Below are positions 1-9,413 of a DNA stretch of 56,804 nt, in pieces. The position numbers and the translations under genes are program-made. Positions within the stretch are counted from its first letter, which is position 1, and the number at the start of each line of letters is the position of its first letter. The DNA is taken from IMG/VR virus record IMGVR_UViG_3300017739_003809, positions 1 through 56,804 of that record; one strand, written 5' to 3'. This stretch comes from a virus (Duplodnaviria > Caudoviricetes). The notes under the pieces were generated by a model, which worked only from the letters and a program-made list of their open reading frames with translations, had not been told where the DNA came from and did not search any database.

Positions 1-837
1 GGAGAAGAAGTAGATGTTACTTGGTTTCAACCAACATCATGTTATCAACAAGCATTAGCCACTTGCATTTATGGATGCACAGATCCTAATGCTAGTAATT
101 ATGACCCTAATGCTGAATGGGATAATGGTAGTTGTGAGTACAATATTTATGGGTGTACTGATGATACTGCCCTTAACTACAACCCAGATGCAAACGTGGA
201 CGACGGGTCTTGTATTTACGACATACTTGGTTGTACAGATCCTACAGCCAACAACTATAACCCCTTGGCTACTATTAACGATGGAAGCTGCACTTATGAT
301 ATCTTGGGTTGTACTGACCCTAATGCACTCAATTACAACCCGGCAGCCAATGTTAATGATGGTTCTTGTGAATATCCTATACCTGGGTGCACTGACCCAG
401 CTGCCCTTAATTATAATGAATTCGCTACTATGGAAGATGGTAGCTGTGAATATATAGAAGGGTGCACAAATCCCGAGGCAATAAATTATAACTCACTTGC
501 TATTTTAGATGATGGGAGTTGTGTTTACCCCCCAGAAAACTGTGATGGTTCTTATTTTGCACCTAATACTTTTACCCCTAATAATGATGGGTATAATGAT
601 GGGTGGGCCGTAGTAGTAGCTGATCCCGACTGTTGGCGAACCTGGAATGTTCAGATTTATAACAGATGGGGTGGGTTAGTATGGGAAAGTAACCAAGTAG
701 GAGAAGTTTGGCAAGGTAGTGTACATAATGGAAATCACTACGTAGTAGACGGAGTTTATTTATATAAAGTAATCGGAGCAGGATGGGATCCTGCTATAAC
801 ATTTAAAACCACAGGACATATAACAATATTCAGATGA
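1..837 (+). CDS. Cys-rich GCTD-repeat protein with T9SS type B (gliding motility-associated) C-terminal domain; 5'-truncated by window edge
   Basis: Frame 1 is open from base 1 (GEEVDVTWFQPTSCYQQALATCIYGCTDPNASNY...). Six GCT(D/N)xxAxNY...DxGSC repeats. C-terminus FAPNTFTPNNDGYND...IYNRWG...DGVYLYKV...GHITIFR matches the type B CTD pattern. Confidence 0.88.
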   Translation, partial: GEEVDVTWFQPTSCYQQALATCIYGCTDPNASNYDPNAEWDNGSCEYNIYGCTDDTALNYNPDANVDDGSCIYDILGCTDPTANNYNPLATINDGSCTYDILGCTDPNALNYNPAANVNDGSCEYPIPGCTDPAALNYNEFATMEDGSCEYIEGCTNPEAINYNSLAILDDGSCVYPPENCDGSYFAPNTFTPNNDGYNDGWAVVVADPDCWRTWNVQIYNRWGGLVWESNQVGEVWQGSVHNGNHYVVDGVYLYKVIGAGWDPAITFKTTGHITIFR

Positions 838-1106
838 AAAATTTACTATTATTATTAGGAGTACTTCTCCTTACAGGTTGTTACAACCACATTCCACACA
901 AAGTTTATAAAAACCCTCAAGCTTATAGTTTTGATACTATGATTCCTTTAAATTGGGATGGAAATTACCCAGTTAAAAATTGGGAAGAAGAAATTAAATT
1001 AGGTAAACCTATTAAAGCTTGGAATGGTTTTACTTACATATTTGAACCCCACCCTACTAAAAAAGGTGTAATAATAATTAAAACGGACATAACTAAAATT
1101 AAATAA
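834..1106 (+). CDS. putative lipoprotein
   Basis: MKNLLLLLGVLLLTGC signal peptide with lipobox-like LTGC; ATGA overlap with upstream gene. Confidence 0.7.
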   Translation: MKNLLLLLGVLLLTGCYNHIPHKVYKNPQAYSFDTMIPLNWDGNYPVKNWEEEIKLGKPIKAWNGFTYIFEPHPTKKGVIIIKTDITKIK

Positions 1107-1291
1107 TGTTATCAAATTGGCTTATGAATTTTCTCCTTATGCTTTCGGCATTTGGAATTACACTCACCCCCGGCAGTGATGCATCAGAATTTGATTTTAA
1201 CGGAAATGGGGTTATTGATATTTTTGATATAATGGATATGTTATCTATGCAACCTTCTGTAGATGAACTTGGAGTTTACGAAGAAAAATAA
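1106..1291 (+). CDS. small exported/membrane protein with EF-hand/dockerin-like Ca-binding loop
   Basis: Hydrophobic N-terminus followed by DFNGNGVIDIFD loop; TAATG coupling. Confidence 0.6.
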   Translation: MLSNWLMNFLLMLSAFGITLTPGSDASEFDFNGNGVIDIFDIMDMLSMQPSVDELGVYEEK

Positions 1292-1312
1292 TACAATAAT
1301 AAAAAAAACTAA

Positions 1313-1984
1313 ATGAAAGTTACTTTATTAAATGTTACTCCAAATGCTGAAGACCACATTGTTGAGGTGGCACGTATATCTAGTTCACGTAAGAATAAGA
1401 AAGATAAACCAGAGGGCCTTCTTCGCTACTTGGTACAACACAAACACTGGTCACCGTTCGAGCACGGTCATGCGACGTTCGAGATTGAAACTTCCAAAGC
1501 AATTGGAATCCAACTCATCAGACACCGTTCTTTTGCTTTTCAAGAATTTAGTCAACGATATCAAGATGTTAATCGTTTGGAATCTATGTTCGAACCCATT
1601 GAACTACGGGCGCAATGTGAAGATAATAGACAAAGTTCAACAGAAATAATAAACCCAGCAATATCATATAAAGGTAATGATTTAACTGCGCAGGATTTAA
1701 TTAATAGACATTTAGAAAACTCTCAACATCTTTATAAAAGACTATTAGATAGTGGGGTAGCTAGAGAACAAGCTCGTATGGTTCTTCCTCTCACTACAGC
1801 AACTAAAATTCATATGACAGGTTCTGTTCGATCTTGGGTTCATTTTCTTGAATTAAGGGACGATGATCATGCACAAAAAGAAATCCAATTAGTAGCTAAG
1901 GAAATTAAGAATATATTTATTAAGGAATTTCCTATAATATCAAACGCTTTAAAATATGAATCAACCAACAAGACAACAAATTAA
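1313..1984 (+). CDS. thyX: FAD-dependent thymidylate synthase
   Basis: HWSPFEH, RHRSFAFQEFSQRY (RHRx7S signature), AREQARMVLP, RSWVHFLELR, HAQKEI. Confidence 0.96.
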   Translation: MKVTLLNVTPNAEDHIVEVARISSSRKNKKDKPEGLLRYLVQHKHWSPFEHGHATFEIETSKAIGIQLIRHRSFAFQEFSQRYQDVNRLESMFEPIELRAQCEDNRQSSTEIINPAISYKGNDLTAQDLINRHLENSQHLYKRLLDSGVAREQARMVLPLTTATKIHMTGSVRSWVHFLELRDDDHAQKEIQLVAKEIKNIFIKEFPIISNALKYESTNKTTN

Positions 1985-2564
1985 AACCGCAGTTAAAACT
2001 AAAGGCTATAAGTGGTTTGAAAATGGTAACTATAACCTTAATATAGTAGGAGTTAGAAACGGTGAAACAGGAAATGAAGTAACTAATAAATTTGACGATT
2101 TTTTAACCTTATCCTATAAAGTAGATGGGGAATGGAATTATCACTGTTTTGATGCTACTACGGATCCGGGAAAACACTGGGTTGAAAATATTATGAGAGA
2201 AGAAGGTGTTGCTGTTTTAAAAGAAAATCAATATAGAGGGTCCCATAAAATAGGATTACACCAGGGTAAGTATGAAGCATTACGTCAGCAAAAACCTGTT
2301 CAGGTATATCGCGATAATGATTTAGATGGTGATTATGATTTATTAGAAGAAAATGTTCAAGAAGGTATTTTTGGTATTAATATTCATAGAGCTACTAAAT
2401 GGGAAGGTAAGAAATCTACTCAAATAGATAAATGGAGTGCGGGATGTCAAGTAATTGCGGCTAATGATGATTTCCGTTTATTTATGGAAGTTTGTAATAA
2501 AGCTAAAGATACTTGGGGTAATTCATTTACTTATACCTTAATAAACTCTAACGACTTAGTTTAA
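1956..2564 (+). CDS. putative peptidoglycan-active enzyme, YkuD/L,D-transpeptidase-like catalytic motif (candidate endolysin)
   Basis: GINIH-x16-SAGCQV resembles the YkuD H-x14-17-(S/T)xGC motif; no signal peptide. Confidence 0.55.
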   Translation: MNQPTRQQIKTAVKTKGYKWFENGNYNLNIVGVRNGETGNEVTNKFDDFLTLSYKVDGEWNYHCFDATTDPGKHWVENIMREEGVAVLKENQYRGSHKIGLHQGKYEALRQQKPVQVYRDNDLDGDYDLLEENVQEGIFGINIHRATKWEGKKSTQIDKWSAGCQVIAANDDFRLFMEVCNKAKDTWGNSFTYTLINSNDLV

Positions 2565-2569
2565 GAAAC

Positions 2570-2600
2570 TTGGAAAACGCTATATTTTTACGTATATTTA
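2570..2600 (+). promoter_or_regulatory. early/host-sigma promoter TTGG-N17-CGTATATTTA
   Basis: One of six copies of the same bipartite motif; fits Bacteroidota -33 TTTG / -7 TAnnTTTG spacing. Confidence 0.7.
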
Positions 2601-2620
2601 GGACGTAAAAATTATGTGTT

Positions 2621-3175
2621 ATGAAAAAGTTATTATTATTATTTTTAACAGTTACGGTTGCAACTTTATCGCAAGCCCAATGTAGGTATAATTTTCATTT
2701 TGGTTATACAAACTATATTACTAAAGGCCAAACTAATTTAAATGGATTTAGAGCAACCTACTGGCCTAGACAATACAGATGGAATAATTGGAATACCTGG
2801 GGTTCTAATAGTTTAGCAAATATGGGTAGAACTACTAATCGTTATGAAAATAATAATGATGTAGGTTTATTTGGTGATTTTGTATTTACAGTACCAAATG
2901 AAGATAAATCCCAGGAATACCAAGCAGCTGTTTTAGGATTTATTATGCCCATATTTCCCCCAGCATTTAATATGCATTTAGGGTTTGGGACTAAATGGAA
3001 TAATGGTTTAGAAGATGAATTTCAATCTGAATTTATATCAACTTATGGAATAACTTTTATTGCACCTAATAGGGGTATAACGTTATCTGTAGGAAGACAA
3101 ACAAGGGCTAGAGAAATGTTTGCAAGAACTGGAGCTAATACAACTATTGGGATAGGATATACTATAAGACGATAA
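2621..3175 (+). CDS. exported protein, probable small outer-membrane beta-barrel
   Basis: SPI-type signal (MKKLLLLFLTVTVATLSQA|Q); alternating beta-strand pattern; ends IGIGYTIRR. Confidence 0.55.
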   Translation: MKKLLLLFLTVTVATLSQAQCRYNFHFGYTNYITKGQTNLNGFRATYWPRQYRWNNWNTWGSNSLANMGRTTNRYENNNDVGLFGDFVFTVPNEDKSQEYQAAVLGFIMPIFPPAFNMHLGFGTKWNNGLEDEFQSEFISTYGITFIAPNRGITLSVGRQTRAREMFARTGANTTIGIGYTIRR

Positions 3176-3177
3176 AG

Positions 3178-4932
3178 ATGCAAAAAGGAGCAGCGTATTG
3201 GATGGATCTTCGTCATTTTGATGATGAAGATCCTATCTTTTTAGCCCAAGTACAAAGGGGAATTACAAATTTTGTTAAGATTCTCACAGGAAAAGATATT
3301 CCTGTTGAGTATGCCACATCAGGTGATTCAATGACCGATGGAGAAACGGTATATATCGCATCAAATCTTAGAGAGGATACAATAGATTACACAGTGGGGT
3401 TAGCTCTTCATGAAGCTTCTCATGTTTTATTAACAGACTTTGCATACCTTAATAAAGAACGTGGGAAAGTATTAGAAACTAAATGGAACATACCTAAGGA
3501 AGATACTGATAATGTGTTTACTTTAATTAATTTTGTTGAAGATAAACGTATAGATCATTATGTTTATTCAACAGCCCCTGGGTATCAATTTTACTATGAA
3601 GAACTTTACCGTAAATCTTTTTATAATCAAATTGTAGATGATAATCTTAAAACAGATAATTTTACTACGCCAACTTGGGACGCATATTTTTTTAGAATAA
3701 TTAATATATTTAATCGTAATTCTGATTTAGATAAATTACCCGGGTTAAAAGAGGTACGTGATTTACTCACATATAATCAAATTAGTAAGTTAAAGTCTAC
3801 CCAGGACAGTATAAAAACTGCTGTTGAAATATATAATATTATTAAACAATATATCCAAGAAGAAGAAGAGGAAGAAGATGGAGAGAATAAACCATTAAAT
3901 AACCAAGAATATAAAACACGTGAACAGGTAGAACGCCAAAAGAATTTTATTAATTCACAATATAGAAAAAAACGTGTCCATAAAAAGGTAAAGGAACAAG
4001 TTAATAAGCTAGCTAATTCAGATACTAAAATTAATAATTATTCTTTATCTCAAAATACATCTATCCCCACTTTAATTACTAAAGATTGGGAAGAATATTT
4101 TACAGGTCCTTTTGGCCATAATGAAGAAGCAGTTAATAAGGGATTATTTTTAGGAAAACAACTTCTTAAAAAACTTAAAGTTAGAAATACGGTTAAGAGG
4201 GATATTTTTGAAAATCAAAAGAAAGGTAAATTAAATTCTTCTAAATTGTACCAGGCTCCCTTTAATGAAAATTTATTTTATAGGATAGAGAAAGAAGACT
4301 ATAAAAACACTTTTATTCACATATCATTAGATCTTAGTGGTAGTATGAGAGGAGAAAAATTAATACAAACCATCCAAACAGCAGTAGCTATATCTTATGC
4401 TGCTTGTAATATAAAAGGGTTTGATGTAGAAATTTCTTTAAGAGGTACTATTGATCCTAATAAATCCAAGTCTATGCATTCGTCTAATCAAGTTCCTGTA
4501 TTAGCCTATGCCTTTAACTCTAAAAAAGACTCTATAAAAAAATTACAAAGATTTAAAAAACTTATTACGTGTGGTATGACCCCGGAAGGTATTTGTTTAG
4601 ATCAAATTAGAAAAGATTTACCCTCTCCTTCCTATTATCAAGAAGTTTATTTAGTAAATATATCAGATGGGTTACCTAATATAAGTTCGGCCTCTTATAA
4701 TTTTAGTACTGCTATTAACCATACTGCTAAAGTAGTTAATGAATATAAAAAAGATAATATTGGATTATTAAGTTATTTTATCCATGATACCTGGGATAAA
4801 ACACAAAAGGCTGAGGGGACTTTTAAAACAATGTATGGGAAAAGTGCTAAATATATTGATATTAATAATGTATCTTTAGTAGCTAATACAATAAATAATC
4901 TTCTCCTTTCTAATACTATTAAGGTTTGTTAA
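3178..4932 (+). CDS. VWA-domain protein with N-terminal HExxH metallopeptidase-like region (CobT/MoxR-partner type)
   Basis: HEASH and VEDKRID in the N-terminal part; MIDAS DLSGS, TPEG and ISDG in the C-terminal part; acidic linker. Confidence 0.8.
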   Translation: MQKGAAYWMDLRHFDDEDPIFLAQVQRGITNFVKILTGKDIPVEYATSGDSMTDGETVYIASNLREDTIDYTVGLALHEASHVLLTDFAYLNKERGKVLETKWNIPKEDTDNVFTLINFVEDKRIDHYVYSTAPGYQFYYEELYRKSFYNQIVDDNLKTDNFTTPTWDAYFFRIINIFNRNSDLDKLPGLKEVRDLLTYNQISKLKSTQDSIKTAVEIYNIIKQYIQEEEEEEDGENKPLNNQEYKTREQVERQKNFINSQYRKKRVHKKVKEQVNKLANSDTKINNYSLSQNTSIPTLITKDWEEYFTGPFGHNEEAVNKGLFLGKQLLKKLKVRNTVKRDIFENQKKGKLNSSKLYQAPFNENLFYRIEKEDYKNTFIHISLDLSGSMRGEKLIQTIQTAVAISYAACNIKGFDVEISLRGTIDPNKSKSMHSSNQVPVLAYAFNSKKDSIKKLQRFKKLITCGMTPEGICLDQIRKDLPSPSYYQEVYLVNISDGLPNISSASYNFSTAINHTAKVVNEYKKDNIGLLSYFIHDTWDKTQKAEGTFKTMYGKSAKYIDINNVSLVANTINNLLLSNTIKVC

Positions 4933-4935
4933 AAG

Positions 4936-4943
4936 TATTTATA
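4936..4943 (+). promoter_or_regulatory. putative late promoter TATTTATA
   Basis: Recurrent intergenic TAT(T/G)TAT(A/T) motif. Confidence 0.5.
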
Positions 4944-4969
4944 TGTACTTTTGAAAACAAATTTTAAAG

Positions 4970-5143
4970 ATGGATATAACGGATATAATTTCTAGGTTAG
5001 AGGTTGTTATAGATAATATTGAATATGAAGATATTAATATAACAGAAATACAAGAAGCGTTAACATTATTAGTGAATGATTTAGAAACTTCATCAAATTT
5101 TGATGCAGATTTTGGAGATATTCAATTTAATGATCTCACTTAA
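4970..5143 (+). CDS. small acidic protein (57 aa), not in ORF track
   Basis: ATG 4970 to TAA 5143: MDITDIISRLEVVIDNIEYEDINITEIQEALTLLVNDLETSSNFDADFGDIQFNDLT; fills the gap behind a late motif. Confidence 0.7.
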   Translation: MDITDIISRLEVVIDNIEYEDINITEIQEALTLLVNDLETSSNFDADFGDIQFNDLT

Positions 5144-5150
5144 TATGTAT
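5144..5150 (+). promoter_or_regulatory. putative late promoter TATGTAT
   Basis: Variant of the recurrent motif, ahead of the 5204-11064 operon. Confidence 0.5.
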
Positions 5151-5203
5151 TAGTGTCTTAATAAATTAAATAGGTTGCTTTAAAATTAATGGAAGTAATC
5201 TAT

Positions 5204-5488
5204 ATGGCAAAAGAATTAAATGAAGATACGGGTTTTACAGTAAGTTTAAAAACCCTCGCAGGAATAGGAATTTCAATGGCCACAGTTATCAGTATGTGGT
5301 TTGTCCTGCAGGCTGATATAGCCGAAGCAAAAGAACTCCCAGCTCCACCTGATCCCGAAATTACAAGGATGGAATTTGACATGAAGGACCAATTAGTCCG
5401 TCAAACTATTATGTCAACCCAAGAAGATGTCTCAGAACTTAAAGAAGATCTTGACCGCATCGAAGCTAAAATAGATAAATTAAAGTAA
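5204..5488 (+). CDS. single-pass membrane protein with coiled coil
   Basis: TM segment LAGIGISMATVISMWFVL followed by heptad C-terminus; second ATG (5204) preferred over 5189. Confidence 0.7.
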   Translation: MAKELNEDTGFTVSLKTLAGIGISMATVISMWFVLQADIAEAKELPAPPDPEITRMEFDMKDQLVRQTIMSTQEDVSELKEDLDRIEAKIDKLK

Positions 5489-5490
5489 AA

Positions 5491-5862
5491 ATGAAATACT
5501 TAGTTGCAATTATATCGTTTTTACTTATTTCTACTAATGCAAGTAAACCCTTACTAGAAGAAAACTCCCCATTACCAACATGTGGAGATGATATATGTGT
5601 TGTACAGTTTAATGCAGCATTTAATTCAGCAAATGAAGTAACTTGGTTAAATGAATTAACCGATTGTTCTACTACTACAGTAGATATCATGGCTGATCCA
5701 AGTTTACCCCAAGATTATAAAATTGTTGTTGTACCTACTATTCTAATTTTAGAAGATGGAGAAGAAGTAGCGAGGTTTCAGGCTAACATTATGATGCAGA
5801 TGGAAGCTACCCGCAAAGAGGTACAAGGATCCATAGACGAAATCATAATGAGCAAATTTTAA
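5491..5862 (+). CDS. exported thioredoxin-fold protein lacking a canonical CxxC
   Basis: Signal peptide; VVQFNAAFN in place of FxAxWCxxC; YKIVVVPTILILEDGEEVARF is the Trx cis-Pro strand motif. Confidence 0.7.
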   Translation: MKYLVAIISFLLISTNASKPLLEENSPLPTCGDDICVVQFNAAFNSANEVTWLNELTDCSTTTVDIMADPSLPQDYKIVVVPTILILEDGEEVARFQANIMMQMEATRKEVQGSIDEIIMSKF

Positions 5863-8800
5863 TGAAACATTTATTAACTTCCCTTTTATTACTTATTGGC
5901 CTTACAAGTTTAGCACAACCTCCTATTTTTGAAGGTTGTACTGATCCTTCGGCCTTAAATTTTAACCCAATAGCTATAACACCCCCTAGTGGTCTTATTG
6001 TACCCGGAGGTAGTTGTAATCAAATTTCATGGAACCAAAATTACTTTGGTATTAGTCCTGAAGATTACAATGCAAACCCTTCATGGTGGGAGGCAGGTAC
6101 AGAAATTTTTATATCAGGACAACAATGGTTTGTAGATGGTGTTAACTTTCCTACAAACTGTAATGCTCCCGCTATATTAGTATATGTTGTACCCACAGCA
6201 GATCAGGCTGATGGGTTTACAGGAACATTTATACCAGGTCTTAATGTAAATGCCATAGTTGGAGAAACCTGGCAAAGTAATGGGGTATGTGAATACCCCT
6301 TTCCTGGCTGTACTGATCTAGAGGCAATTAACTTTAACCCAGAAGCTACATTTGATGATGGGAGTTGCATTGATAGTTGTGAAGGGGTACAAAATTTAAT
6401 AGGTGAAATAAATTGTTTTTCATTCTTTCCTAACCAAGGTGAAGTAAGTGTTAGTTGGGATCCAACTTTTCCTGCTTGTAATCCTATAGGTTTTTACGTA
6501 GGTTTAGATCTTGAAGACTTACAATTTATACCTTATGGTCCTTGGTTTGGAAACTATTTTTATGGTTATACTGAATCTACTCCGGTATCTAGTGATGAAT
6601 ATTATTTTATAGTTGAATCCCCAGGAGGGGTTTTGGATACCTTAATATTAGATAATCCTAACTGTGGAATAGGTTGTACAGATCCTATGGCCTCTAATTA
6701 TAACCCATTTGCAGGAATTGAGGATGAATTTAATCCCTCTTGTGAATATGGTTATGTATCGGAATGTGGAACTGATAGTACACAAAATGTTTACGTAAGC
6801 ATTACAGGTGATACTTTTTCCCAATATGAAACTAGCTGGGAAATATTAACTACGGATAGTGTACCTCAAATATTAGCAAGTGAAGAGATAGGTTTTTATA
6901 CTACTGCAGGAGTTACTGTAACTACTACGTATTGCATACCATTAGGTGTAGAATTTACATTTAATATCTATGATAGTTATGGTGATGGACTTGCGGGTTC
7001 TACAACGGGGGGTTCGGCTGATGGTGATGTTTTAATAACTACAGAGTGTGGTGATACTATTTATACTATATTACCTTTTGAGGGCCAAAATCCTAATTTT
7101 GGTTATGGGGCAACTAGCGTTCCTAACTTATTAAATCAATGCCCCCCAGATAATCCTCCTTTTGGATGTAAAGATCCCGATTATTTAGAATTTAATTCTT
7201 TAGCTGAAAATAACGATCAGTCTATGTGTTTAACCTTAGCTGTTCCGGGTTGTATTGATCCTAATATGTTTAATTACAATCCTGAAGCTAATACTATGGA
7301 TTTAATCCCATCTTGTGATTATACTCTAATGTTATTTGATGGAGGAGGGGATGGATGGGATAATTCATATTTAGGTGTTATCCAAGATGGAGAACCAATT
7401 GGTGCTTTTACCTGTACCGAACAAGAAGCTTTATACACAATAAACATCAGTTCACTTACTCATATTGAACTTACTTTTTATGATATATCGTTTGGTGGGT
7501 TTTTTGGAGAAGGTGGAACTACAACAGATGTTTCGCAATGTGGGTTTAAGTTAATTAATTCAAATGGTCAAGTAGTTTATCAAAAAGGTAATAATCCTTG
7601 GCTTAATCCTATTGAACCCGGTGAAACCTATACTCCCTACTTAAATTGTGGTAACTATTGTGTTCCTTTTATTGAAGGTTGTATAGATGAAGGAGCATAT
7701 AATTTTGATAGCTTAGCTAATACTGCAGATGAAAGCTGCGTTTACTTCCCTGGATGTACTAATCCCTTATATTTAGAGTATTTTGAGCAAGGATTTACAG
7801 CGGATGTAAATGATGGGTCTTGTAGTGTAGAAGTTGTAAATGGGTGTACGGATGAGGAAGCATTTAACTACAATCCAGAAGCTAACTTAGATAATGAAGG
7901 ATGTATTCCCGTACTACTAGGTTGTACAGATGAAGAAGCTTATAATTTTGATGTAAATGCTAATACTAATGATGGTAGTTGTGAACCATTTATATTTGGT
8001 TGTACTGATGCTACATCATTTAATTATAGTGAAGAAGCAAATACTGATGATAATAGTTGTATTTCTATAATATTTGGGTGTACAGATGAATCCCAATTCA
8101 ATTATGACCCATCAGCAAACACAGAATATGATCCTTCAAATTGTGAGCCCTTTATTTATGGTTGTTTAGATGAATCCGCATTTAATTTTGATGCACTAGC
8201 AAACACACAATTATTTGGTTCTTGTATACCTGTCTTGTTGGGCTGCACTGATGAAACAGCTTTAAACTATAATGAACTAGCAAACACAGATGATTTATCT
8301 TGTATTCCAGTATTACTGGGATGTACGGATCCTACGGCTACTAATTATAATGAATTAGCAAATACTGATGACGAATCATGTATACCCTTTATATACGGCT
8401 GTACTGATTTAACAGCATACAATTATAATGTGTTAGCAAATACTGATGATGGAACTTGTGAACCCATAGTATTAGGTTGTACAGATATAGAAGCTTACAA
8501 CTATAATGAACTAGCTAATACAGAAGATAATTCATGCCTTCCCGTAGTATTTGGTTGTACAGATCCTACAGCATTTAACTATAACATTGAAGCAAATACT
8601 GACAATGGATCTTGTGAAGAAGTAATATTTGGGTGTACCGATGAAACAGCATTAAATTATGACCCCGAAGCAAATACAAATAATGGATCATGTACCGAAG
8701 TAGTAGAAGGATGTATGGATCCCCTAGCACTTAATTATAATGAACTAGCTAATGTTGAGGATGGTAGTTGTATAGATGCTATTTATGGTTGTACTGACTC

Positions 8801-9413
8801 AACTGCTTTTAACTATAATGAATTAGCAAACGCTGATAATGGTACATGTATAGATGTAGTTGAAGGTTGTACAGATCCATCAGCATTTAATTACAATCCA
8901 GAAGCAAATACTGAAGACTTTAGTTGTATTGAAATAGTATATGGTTGTACTAATCCACAAGCGGCTAATTATGATGAATTAGCAAATACAGACAATGGTA
9001 CCTGTGAAACAGTATATGCTAATTGTACAGATCTAGTAGTAGAAACTTATAACTTATTAGGATTTGAAAGTGAGTGTTTTGCTTGGGTAATTGATGTTAG
9101 TCCAAGTTGCTGTAATAATGAATGGGCCGAAGGGTGTCAAACTTTATATAATTATTGTGATGAAAATACAGTAACTAATGTAGAAGAATTTGGCGAAACT
9201 CAAATTATAGTATTCCCTAACCCAACAAGAGACCGCATAAATATCGCAAGTAACTTACGTATAAACGCAGTACTCTATAATTCCATAGGACAGCCCGTAT
9301 TACGAGAAACTAACGTAAATAGTTTAGATTTAAGTCAATTTGAATCGGGTATTTATAATTTAATTCTAACTTATGATAACCTTAAGTTTACTAAAAAAAT
9401 TATTAAACAATGA
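5862..9413 (+). CDS. large Cys-rich GCTD-repeat surface protein with signal peptide and T9SS type A C-terminal sorting domain
   Basis: Signal MKHLLTSLLLLIGLTSLA|Q; about 22 GCxD repeats; DSYGDG and DGGGDGWD motifs; C-terminus VFPNPTRDRINI...LYNSIGQ...LDLSQFESGIYNLIL...TKKIIKQ. Confidence 0.9.
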   Translation: MKHLLTSLLLLIGLTSLAQPPIFEGCTDPSALNFNPIAITPPSGLIVPGGSCNQISWNQNYFGISPEDYNANPSWWEAGTEIFISGQQWFVDGVNFPTNCNAPAILVYVVPTADQADGFTGTFIPGLNVNAIVGETWQSNGVCEYPFPGCTDLEAINFNPEATFDDGSCIDSCEGVQNLIGEINCFSFFPNQGEVSVSWDPTFPACNPIGFYVGLDLEDLQFIPYGPWFGNYFYGYTESTPVSSDEYYFIVESPGGVLDTLILDNPNCGIGCTDPMASNYNPFAGIEDEFNPSCEYGYVSECGTDSTQNVYVSITGDTFSQYETSWEILTTDSVPQILASEEIGFYTTAGVTVTTTYCIPLGVEFTFNIYDSYGDGLAGSTTGGSADGDVLITTECGDTIYTILPFEGQNPNFGYGATSVPNLLNQCPPDNPPFGCKDPDYLEFNSLAENNDQSMCLTLAVPGCIDPNMFNYNPEANTMDLIPSCDYTLMLFDGGGDGWDNSYLGVIQDGEPIGAFTCTEQEALYTINISSLTHIELTFYDISFGGFFGEGGTTTDVSQCGFKLINSNGQVVYQKGNNPWLNPIEPGETYTPYLNCGNYCVPFIEGCIDEGAYNFDSLANTADESCVYFPGCTNPLYLEYFEQGFTADVNDGSCSVEVVNGCTDEEAFNYNPEANLDNEGCIPVLLGCTDEEAYNFDVNANTNDGSCEPFIFGCTDATSFNYSEEANTDDNSCISIIFGCTDESQFNYDPSANTEYDPSNCEPFIYGCLDESAFNFDALANTQLFGSCIPVLLGCTDETALNYNELANTDDLSCIPVLLGCTDPTATNYNELANTDDESCIPFIYGCTDLTAYNYNVLANTDDGTCEPIVLGCTDIEAYNYNELANTEDNSCLPVVFGCTDPTAFNYNIEANTDNGSCEEVIFGCTDETALNYDPEANTNNGSCTEVVEGCMDPLALNYNELANVEDGSCIDAIYGCTDSTAFNYNELANADNGTCIDVVEGCTDPSAFNYNPEANTEDFSCIEIVYGCTNPQAANYDELANTDNGTCETVYANCTDLVVETYNLLGFESECFAWVIDVSPSCCNNEWAEGCQTLYNYCDENTVTNVEEFGETQIIVFPNPTRDRINIASNLRINAVLYNSIGQPVLRETNVNSLDLSQFESGIYNLILTYDNLKFTKKIIKQ
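7677..9005 (+). repeat. tandem coding repeat, about 17 contiguous ~26-aa units (GCTDxxAxNYNxxANTDDGSC)
   Basis: Degenerate ~78-nt periodicity inside the 5862-9413 CDS. Confidence 0.9.

Noticed and set aside
71-457. Alternative-frame plus-strand ORFs (71-457, 1332-1649, 37277-37522, 46866-47072, 51470-51712)
   Set aside because: Nested out of frame within genes that have clear motifs; no recognisable features.
7677-9005. Periodic ~78-nt repeats as a CRISPR array or DGR template/variable repeats
   Set aside because: The repeats are degenerate at synonymous positions and in frame (protein repeats). No identical direct repeats with unique spacers, and no cas or reverse transcriptase gene in the window.
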